Assembly: GCA_000388065.2 (NCBI GenBank)
Contig: KB932207.1
Source: Fonticula alba ATCC 38817
Taxonomy: Eukaryota; Protista; Nucleariida
Length of the DNA: 64,000 nt
Direction: 5' to 3' (one strand)
The position numbers were made by a program, and so were the translations under genes. Below the pieces are notes generated by a model, which saw nothing but the letters and a program-made list of their open reading frames with translations, did no database searches and was not told the DNA's origin. Numbering within the stretch: position 1 is the first letter of the stretch; each line of letters opens with the position of its first letter. This document shows positions 49,101 to 58,500 of the stretch, piece by piece.

Positions 49101-50060
49101 AGCAGTTGGAGCNNNNNNNNNNAGGTGGCCGGCGGTGCAGGCGGAGCAATTGGCGGAGGAGGTGCAGGAGGTGCAATTGGCCGAGCAGTTGGAGCAGGTG
49201 CCATTGGAGGGAAAGGTCCCGCCGGGGCAGGGGGCGACGCAGGCCCCGGCGTGGAGGAAGTGCCCGGCGGTGCAGGCCGTGCAGAGGGTGGCCGAGGTGC
49301 AGGAGGCGCAGTTGGCCGAGCACGCGAGGCAGGAGCCGCCGACGGCGACGAAGCCGGCCGGGCAGGCGGACAGACACTGGCCGCTGTGATGGAAATGGCC
49401 CTGGGAGCAGCTGCTACAGAGGGAGGGGGAGCTGCAGTGGGTGCACTCCTCTGGGCACGAGTAGCAGGCGTTGTAATCCAGGTAGAAGCCCTCCTCGCAG
49501 GAGGAGCAGCCGGATTGGGTGCACATTTGGCAGTTGATCGGGCAGAAGGCCTCGCAACTGCGATCGACCATCAGCGAGTAGGGCTGGAGGCATTCAAGGC
49601 AATCCCGCCGGCTGGGGTCGTATATCTGGCAGCCGGGGGCACAGAGGATGTCCGCTTGGTGGCTGGCATCCGGAAGGGCCTGGGCGATGGGGCAGAGCTT
49701 CCGGGCGGCGGTGCAGAAGACCCGGTCGCCGAAGGCAAAGGCCGCGCCCTCCGGGCAGGCCAGGCAGCCATACTCGTCGCAGGGGCCGAGGCAGGATTCC
49801 GGGCAGGCCGGCGACTGGGTGTGGGCCTGGGCCTGGGCATCCCACCGGAAGGGCAGGCCGTAGCGCAGGGCGGCGACCATGCGCTGGTCGCCGCCGGCGG
49901 CCTCGAGTGCCGCCGCCGCCGCCGAGTCGAGCACGGGCAGCGCCTGGCGGCGGGTCGGCAGCGAGTGGACCACTCGCAGCAGCAACGCGAGGCTGAGCAG
50001 GCCGGCGAGCAGCACTCCGGCGGGCCGGAGCGGCAGTGGCAGCCGGGCCGTGCGTGTCAT
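45058..50060 (-). CDS. Type I receptor kinase 2: signal peptide, about 17 furin-like Cys repeats, TM, TKL-type RD kinase; the apparent frame change coincides with the gap at 49113-49122
   Basis: Signal GVLLAGLLSLALLLRVVHS, CxxC-rich ectodomain, TM VAIGVGVGVTVLLLLLLAAALVLF. Kinase exons encode VGAGAQARIL, LVLKML, FRNELSIIW, HRDIKSQN, FTDFG, FFAAPE, ADVYSLASVAW and MWHSDPAQRP. Intron positions match kinase 1. Confidence 0.88.
46151..46209. repeat. (TGTGCA)n hexamer microsatellite in an intron of kinase 2
   Basis: About 10 units read directly. Confidence 0.85.
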
Positions 50061-51181
50061 CGCGGGCACGAGGAGGGGGGGGGAGTGGAATGTGCAAGGG
50101 CGGAGAGTGAGGGGAGGCGGGGGGGAGGGGAGGAAGGGTGCTGGTGTGCCGGCAGTCGGGGGTAGGGGACTGTTTCCGTGGGTCGGTCTTATGCCGGTGT
50201 CTGTCCGGGGGGAGGGCGGGTCCAGAGGGCACGGCGGCAATCTACAATGCCCGCGCCCGCGGCCCAGGTGGGGGCGTGGGGCGGGCGAGATCGGGTTGGG
50301 GGGCGGGCGCTTGTCGACGGCGGGTCACACGGGCGAGCACGACTGGCGTTTGGTCGACAAGAGGGGGGGGCATCGGGCCGGCCAGTCGGGGTGCGCCGGG
50401 TGGCCCGGGTGTGTTGGCTGAATGGCTTGGGCACCGCCAGTTCCGGGAGGCAGGGCGGTCGGACGGGTTGGACGGACCATCGCGCACCCTGTCGTCGGGC
50501 GGTTGGGGGGGGGAAAGCAGGGCGAAAACACACGCACGCACGCACGCGCGCGCGCCCGGCACCCGGGACAAAGGCCAGCCTGGTTTCGGCCTATCGGCAG
50601 GCATGTGGGCGGCCCGGGCGTGGGCCCTGCATGTTGGCTGGCGTCGGGGGAGGCCCGGCCCGCTATGATGCTGGGTGTGCCCGACCGCGCCCGGGGGGCG
50701 GGGGGCGGGGGCGAGGGGGGATATCACATAATAAACAAAAACACCTGGGGAATGTGAGGGGGCGGGAACAGGCGCCGGCAACGGGAACGCGGCATGTAGC
50801 AGGTCGGGCCCCCTTTTCCATGCCGGAGAGGCCCCCTTCTGCGGAGGCCACCGGCCGAGGGCCGGGTCACGCGCACCTACGTGATCAGGGATCCAGCGCG
50901 GACCTGCCATCGCCCGGGATGGCCTCGCACACCTCGGGAGGCATCCCACCGCTCCGGGGGCGAGGGGCCGCATCGAGGCCGGTCGGCTGGCATGCGGCGT
51001 CCGGCCCGGGGCCCGCCTCGCCCTGGTGGATGGCCCCCCCGACGCGCGTGGCCCGGCCAGTCGGGGGGGGGGGGGGGGGGGCGGACCTCCTTGCGGGTCT
51101 GCCGGCGGCGCGTTGCCGGCGGAGGCTGCGAGCTTTTTTCCACCGATAAATTCCGCATCTTGGGGGGCGTCCCCTACCGGT

Positions 51182-51255
51182 GGCCCCATAGCTCAGTTGG
51201 TTAGAGCGTCGTGCTAATAACGCGAAGGTCGTCAGTTCGATCCTGGCTGGGGCCA
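51182..51255 (+). tRNA. tRNA-Ile(AAT), copy 3
   Basis: Identical to copies 1 and 2; followed by a T-run. Confidence 0.95.
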
Positions 51256-51971
51256 GATTCTTTTTGGGCCGGCGCGCGTTGGTCGCGCACTTGCCGACGG
51301 ATCAGTGGCTCTTTGGAATGTCGGGGACGGTGGCATCCGGTGGCACGTGCGCACATCGGCCCCAGTTGCCAGGCGTGTGCGAGTCATCCTCGGGCCGGGG
51401 GGGGGGGGGGGGGGGGGAGAGCGCGAGCGCGCGCCGCCCTGACACCAGCCGCAATCCCCGGCAGCGGGCCCGGTCCTTGATCCCTCTCGCGGGCCCTGTG
51501 TGCGACGTGGTGGGAACGCGGGGCCCGCCAACTCCGGGGCCAGGCGCCGGGGCAAGGCCGGCGGTGCGAAAGCACGCCGGGCCTAGGCCGCGCATGGGAC
51601 TTGCCCCTTTGGATGGGAGCCGGCCCGGACACATGCGCCGGGGCGGGGGGCCGGCCGGCGGCCGGCGCCTTTCCCTCGGCAATTTCGCTCCCCGGCCTTC
51701 CGGCCCCCGGAGGCGCTCCACAGGAGCCGATTCGCGTGGCGCGATCGCCGGCGGAACAAAAGGCACCAGGCCGGGGCGCGGTTTGGCCGTGGTCGCCCGA
51801 GCAAAAAGGCTCCACGATCACTGCCGTTTGTTTTTTTTTTTGCGTTTCGGATCCGTCCTTTCCCTCCGCCGCTCCCCCTGCCTTCGTCCCCTCCGCCTGT
51901 CGTCTTTGGCTGTCGCCCCCTCCCCCACACGCACACCTACTCCCCCCCCTCCCCAGCCTACCCTTTGAACC

Positions 51972-53739
51972 ATGCGGGGTGGACGCCGCTCCGGTGGCGG
52001 CGGCATGAGAAGCAGCTCGCGCTCTCGAAGCCGATCATACTCCCGGTCCTCCTCGCGACGGCGCTATCGGTCGAGCAGCAGCACCTACTACTCGTCCGGA
52101 TCCAGCGCCGACTGCGATTGCAGCTGCTGCGGCGGGCTTTTCTGCCGGGCCATCTACTGTTGCGGGCCCCCGAAGAATTCGTGCGCGGCCGTCGGGCAGC
52201 CATCTGCCTCCTGCTTCTTTGACTGCCTTCCCCAGGTCCCGCCCCCCCTCCCCGCCGGTGTGTCTGCATTGCCGACTGACCATGGCCATTCCCCCCCCCC
52301 CCCCCGCCCCGCGCCTGCCCATGCCGCGCCGCGTGCGGATGCCCCTTTGGCGCAGGCCGCTGCCGCGGATTGTCGTCGCCCATCGGATGATCTGCTCGTG
52401 GTTTTGCTGGTGGGGCTTCATCCTGTCCTTCGTGGCCATGCTGGCCTGCGTGTCCTTCGTGCCGCTGTACACATCGCGCTCGTGGTCCCTCCCGCCGGCC
52501 GGGACCTTCACCATCAAGGTGAATCCCCACTTCTTCGACGGGGTGACCCCCCTGTCGGGGTCGGCGGTGCAGGCGTACTTCCTGCCGGCGGCGGATGGCC
52601 CGCCGGAGCGGGTCAGCCAGCTGACCGGCGACATGGTCACCGAGGTGGAACCCCCCGGCGGGGGGTTCTATCGAGCGATGGAGGTCTACCTGCCGGCCGG
52701 GGCGCGGGTGACTTCGATCCTGGCCGGGCAGGTGTCCTGCCCGTTGGATTATCTCATCATCCGGGGGAGCACCAACTTCGACGATTGGGCCTATGGCGAT
52801 TGGGTGCCACTGGAGTGGGAGGGCAAGCTGTGGCCCGGGCAGGAGCCCTTGACCGAGTGGCTGCCGGTCAGCCGGTCGGACCACTACTTCTTCGTGGTGT
52901 ACAACTCGCTGTCCGGGCCCTGCGGCGCGGGGCCGCTTCACTTGCAGCTGTCGACGGAGGCCCCGGCGCACCGGCTGCCTCCCGCTCGGCGGGTGGCCCT
53001 GGGCCAGAGGGCGGCCGTGTCGAATGCCGACCCGGGCATGGGGACGATCATCTTCCACACCTCCAGCTCGCTGGAGTACCATGACGCGCGGGTGAGCTAC
53101 TCCCGGCGGCCGGGGGCCCTGGACCTGGTGCTGGGGCTGAGCATCGGCCTGCCGTATGGGCTGGCGGTGGTGGTGGCCCTGGTCAGCTGGCTGGTGATGC
53201 GCGTGAGCATCGCCCGGGATCCGGACCTGCTGAAGAGCACGAACCGGCGGCTGCCGGTGTTCGACGAGATCCGGGAGATCAGCGGCCCGATGCGGCCGAG
53301 CAACAGCGCGGCCGAGGAGCTGCCCACGTCGGAGGAGCTGTTTGCCATGTCCGCCGACTTGGAGTCCCAGGCTCGGGGCGCCGCCTCGAAGCCGGTGGCC
53401 GGCTCGAGGCCCGCCAGGGCGGTGCGCTTCGCCGACGAGGACCCCGGGCCGTATGCCTCGAAGGAGATGTCCCTCATCTCACCGGGTGCTTCGTCGGTGA
53501 GCTTCCAGGCCGGCGACGATGGCGCGGACGATGGGGAGGGCGGCATCATGCTCGTGCCTCTGACCGAGAGCCTGCCCCCCGGTCTGCCGTCTTCCGGTGG
53601 GCCGGGCGGCGGGGGGCCGGCCGGGGCCGAAGTGTCCCCGGACCGGTCGGTGCCCGACATGCCGATGTCGTCGCCGCCGCCGCCGTACTCGGCCGAGTCG
53701 TCGCCCTCCTCGGCGGATGACGGCTGGTCCAAGTACTAA
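51972..53739 (+). CDS. 2-TM membrane protein, paralog C; exons 51972-52180 and 52356-53739
   Basis: Phase-2 GTGCGC..CAG intron; RS-rich, Cys-rich first exon. Motifs: CWWGFILSFVAMLACVSFVPLYTSRSWSLPPAGTF, CPLDYLIIRG, YSRRPGALDLVLGLSIGLP. The protein ends SPPPPYSAESSPSSADDGWSKY*. Confidence 0.85.
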
Positions 53740-53777
53740 ACGCCGTGTGTTTTTGCGATTGGGAATAGACTTTCCTC

Positions 53778-53841
<64 letters not shown>

Positions 53842-54501
53842 CGGTTGTTTGGGGGCATCGGCGGTGGTGGTGGGCGACTGCCGAGCTCCTGCGCGCCTGA
53901 AACACTCCGGTTCTGGTGTGCGATTCTGGGGGACCGGTGAGGGCCTTCCCTGAACCACCCAGAGTGTTCCGTCCCGAGAGGGTCACCACTCGGACGTGGA
54001 CACAACAACAAAAGAAAGGAAAGCTGGTGATCTGCGTCTTTATAGAGAGTACATCAGGGACTGAGTCACACCGCTCCAGGGGAGCGACGTACAGAGGCAG
54101 GGAAACGGGTAGTCACGGCCTCCGCAAAGAGAATGACTATCCTTCAAGGTGCTGAGCCCTTGGAGGGGAGGCGCGAAAAGGGGGCCCTTATATAGGGGTG
54201 CCCGGAAAAGAGGAAATACATGGGAAAGAAGGGGAAAACGAGAGGGAATGGGTTGCATCGTTGACGGGCGATGCTAACACCCACCTACGGGGAAAGGGGG
54301 AAAGAAAAATGGATCTCCGGCCATTTGATCACGTGGAGGGCGTGACCAGATTTTGGCGGGGAGGCGACAGCAGGGGAAAACAAAGCAGGGCGAGGTGAGG
54401 CAGGTGCGGAGGAGGTGAGCGGAGCGAAGTTCCGACGCGGCGTCGGAGGTGACATTATGGTTACAGCGCCATTTGAGTGCAGGCGGTGGGGAGGAAAGAA
54501 T

Positions 54502-54575
54502 GGCCGCGTAGCTCAATTGGATAGAGCACCTGACTACGGATCAGGAGGTTGTGTGTTCGAGCCGCATCGTGGTCA
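54502..54575 (+). tRNA. tRNA-Arg(ACG)
   Basis: Acceptor GGCCGCG/CGTGGTC, anticodon arm CCTGA-CTACGGA-TCAGG, T-loop TTCGAGC, downstream T-run. Confidence 0.93.
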
Positions 54576-55207
54576 CTCTTCTTTTTTCTTGCACCCCGCT
54601 GGACGGCCTGTTTCCATGTGAGTGCACAGGGGCCCGGGCGTCGACGCGCAGGATGCGAGGCGTGCTTGTGAGAGGTGGCGCGCTCCGCCGGGGCCCTTGC
54701 TGGCAGGCTGGCGTTCGCTGGAGGGAGGGAGGGCAGGGACCGGGCAGGGGGCGGGGCCAGACAAAAACCATTATTGTTGTTTTTTTTTTCCATTTTCAAG
54801 TGGTGTTGTCATTATCGCCCAGCCGCTTGGGGCCGAAAGGGGGGGCGGGATGACGGCGGGTTTCAGCACGGCGAGCGTGCCAAGTCTTAACTGAGTGGAG
54901 CATGTCCGTCAGAATGCGGGCTATTGTGTTGGTCACTCCGGGGGCTAACCCGAAGGGAGCCCCGGGCGGCATTGGCGCGCATCCGGGTGCAGAGGAGCCC
55001 CCCGGCGGCGCCGGGGATTCGGCGCCTGCGGCCGGGTTGGCGTGGAGCTCCCCTGTCGGAGGAGGGGGGGAGTGGCGCCCTGTGCGCGGCCCCCGGCTGG
55101 TGGTGGCCGAAGGGCCGGGCCCAGGCGCGTCCACCCCGGGGGAGCTGCCCTTGTCCAATGTGCTGGGCGGCGCGGTGGCTTTCCGTCGGCCGCGTGCGTG
55201 TGGTTTG

Positions 55208-55284
<77 letters not shown>

Positions 55285-55531
55285 GTCGTCCGTGCCCCCA
55301 ATGTCACCGAGAGCCGCGGGCAGGGCAGATCCCCCCCGAGGCAAAATGTGCGTTTGTGTGTTTGCGTGAGGGGCGCCTCGGAGCGGGGGGGGGGGGAGGA
55401 GGAACTGGACAGGCAAGGTGCCGGCGAAGTGTGGGATGTCGCTGTATTTCGGGTGTCGGTGCACCTCGGCGCCGGCGCGCGGGCGGCGAAGGCGCGGTAC
55501 AGGAAGGATGCCAGCTAGCGGAGCCGCTCTG

Positions 55532-58500
55532 CTAAGGCAGGATCTCGCCCATCTCCATGGATGTGTTGCTCATGCCCGGGCCGGCGCTGGAGCCGGCCTT
55601 GGCGCCGGTGGGCTTGCGCATGACCAGCACCACGACGACGGCCACGATGATGATGGCCAGCAGGGGCAGGCCTACCCCGAGGCCGATGGCCAGGGCGGTC
55701 TTGTTGCGGCCGGAGGACGGGACATCGCTGCTGCTGTTGCTGCTGTTGCTGCTGTTGCTGCTGTTGCTGCTGTTGCTGCTGTTGCTGCTGCTGCCATTGC
55801 TGCCATTGCTGCTACTGCTGCTGCTGCCATTGCTGCTGTTGCTGCTAGAGCTGCCACCTGGCGCACTGTCACTCGTGGAGGTGCTACTGTCGTCATCCGG
55901 AAGCGGAGGGGTGCACTCGGCCGAGGTGGGCCCGGTGCATGCAGCACACTTGGGATGGCAGGGGGCGCAGGCATCGGCGCCCGGGAGGCGATACGAGCCG
56001 GCGGGACAGGCATCCAGGCAGCCGGCGCCGGGGACGAGAATCGGCCGGGCCGGCTTGCAGGCGGTGCACTGGCCGGCCGCGGGGCCGGAGCACTCGGCAC
56101 AGGTACCATCACAAGCCAGGCAGGTGCCGCCCTGCGCCGGGAAGGAGCCCGGGTTGCAGGCTTCGAGGCAGCCGACGCCGGGCTGGAGCAGGCGCCCGGG
56201 AGCGCAGGCAATGCAGGCGCCCGGGTCATAGGCGTCGGAGCACGTGCTGCAGGTGGCATGGCAGGGGAGGCAGTTGCGGCCGACGGCCGAGGGGACCATG
56301 TTGCTGGGGCAGCTGCTGGCGCATGTGCCATCCGTGACCGAGAGGTAGCCGGTGCCCAGGCAGGCAGTGCAGTGGAGGGGCTCGGGGCCGACGCACTCGG
56401 CACAGCCGTCGGCACAGGGCCGGCAGCCGGCCTCGCCGGTCGGGCTGTAGGAGCCGGCCGGGCAGGCGTCCAGGCACTGGCCCAGGGCGAGGAACATGGC
56501 GTGGCGGCAGCTGGAGCAGTGGGTGGCGGCCGGGCCGAAGCAGCTGGCGCAATGTTGGGCACAGGGCTGGCAGGCGCCGGCTTCGGGGAAGGTGCCGAAG
56601 GGGCAGCTGGTCAGGCAGCTGCCCTGGTGGGCGAGGGTGCCATGCTCACAGGTGTCGCACGCGAGGGGGCCGCTGCACAGCCGGCAGCCGGCCGGGCATG
56701 GGACACACGCGTGACCCTGGGTCGGGTCGCGGAAGAACCCGGTGTGCGGGCAGTCCCAGGTGCAGCGGCCGTTGACCAGCTGGACCGGGTCGGTGGCCGG
56801 GCAGGAGAGGCACACCTCCGGCCGGGCCGGGTCGCAAGTGGCACAGCCCGCGCCGCAGACGCCGCAAAGGCCGGCCTCGATGTTGGGATAGTAGCCCGGG
56901 GGGCACATGTCCGGCAGGACGCACATGGAGTAGGGAAGCAACAGGTAGCCGGGCTGGCAGCGCAGGCACATGGTGGCATCCTGGTTGAGGCATGTGGCAC
57001 AGTTGGCGATGTTGCAGGGGCAGGCGCCGGGGCCGCCGGGGCAGGGGGGCGGCTGGCAGGCCAGATCCGCCCCGGGGGTGAGGATATCGGTGGGCAGGAA
57101 GCACCGGAGGCACTGGGCGGACTGGGTCCCGGTGCACTCGGCACACAGGGGATAGCAGGCGTCGCAGACGCCGGGGCTGGCCCCCGGGCGGGGGAAGCTG
57201 CCTTGAGGGCAGTTGGCCACGCAGATGCCGTTCGACAGGAAGTAGCCCTCCTGGCAGGAGAGGCACTGGCCGTGGGGGTCCTGCTGGCAGGTGGCACAGT
57301 GGTCCGGGCAGGCCCGGCATGTGCGGCTGGTCGAGTCGTAGATGGCATTGGCCGGGCAGGCGGTGCAGTGGGTCGAGGCGCCGGGGGCGCAGTGCAGGCA
57401 GTCGGTGCCGGCGCAGGCGACGCACTGGCCGGTGGCGGGGTCGAACCCGCTGCCCGGCGAGCAGGAGGTTTCCTCGCACAGGCCGGTCAGCTGGTTGACC
57501 GAGTAGCCGGGGATGCAGGCGTGGCAGTCGCCGGGGCCGGAGCACGAGTCGCACCGAGTGCTGCAGGGCTGGCAGCGGCCGGTGGTCTCGTCGAGCCAGA
57601 GCCCCGGAGCGCAGGCCGTGCAGCGGCCGGGCACCCCGGTGCAGGCATCGCACCCGGCCGCGCAGGCCACGCAGCCCCGGCCATCGGAGGTGCGGTTGTA
57701 GCCGGCCGGGCAGCCGGCCACACAGGCCTGCCCGTGGTCCAGGTCCAGCAGCCCGGCCGGGCAGGTGGCACACCGGCCGGGGCGCTGCACCGAGCAGGTG
57801 CCGCACGAGTCGTCGCACTCGCCGCACGTGCGCGGGTCCACCTCGCCGCTGGCCGCCTCGTCATAGAGCGGCCGCCGGCCCGCGGGGCAGGCGCACTCGG
57901 TGGCCGTGGCCAGCAGGCCCGCCGGGCAGGCGCAGTCCGGGCCGTCTTGCACCTGCACGGCATGCGCAATGCAGGCACAGGCATTGCCGGCCACATCGAA
58001 GAGGGTGTTGGCGCCGGGGCACACGCAGGAGAAGTCCTCCTGGCTGAAGGCAGTCCCGGGTGGGCATTGTGGGGCCGTGGTGTCCGGGTGGGCGTAGACC
58101 CTGACGCGCGGCCCGGCGGCGGTGTCCTCGGTCAGGACCACGTCCATCAGGCCGTCATTGTTGAAGTCCACGATCTGGATGACGGGACCGGGCGAGGCGG
58201 CGGCCTGCCCCGCGGCCAGGGCGCTGCCCGGCATGACCACCACCCGGCGGAAGGAGATGGCCTGGCGGTCGGCCGCCAGGGTGTCGGCCAGGTAGAACAC
58301 CACCCGGCCGGTGGCCCGGTCCACCAGGACTAGGTCCTCCTGCCCGTCACGGTTGAGGTCCATGACGGCCAGCTCGGATTCCGGGCTGACGGCCAGGTGC
58401 TCGATGACCGCCAGCGGGCAGCCGGAGTCCCGCCGGCCGGAGAGGTTGCCCTCGAGGAAGGGGTCGGCCAGCAGGCCGGCCGGGGTGGCGAAGGGCGACG

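Noticed and set aside
49113-49122. Apparent frameshift suggesting kinase 2 is a pseudogene
   Set aside because: The frame change coincides with a nominal 10-N gap inside a repeat; both flanks and all kinase motifs are intact.
53950-54480. Purine-rich spacer with several hairpins and a TATA-like palindrome upstream of tRNA-Arg, considered as an ncRNA or solo LTR
   Set aside because: No SRP, RNase P/MRP or snRNA motifs, no second copy, and no TG..CA ends or target-site duplication seen.
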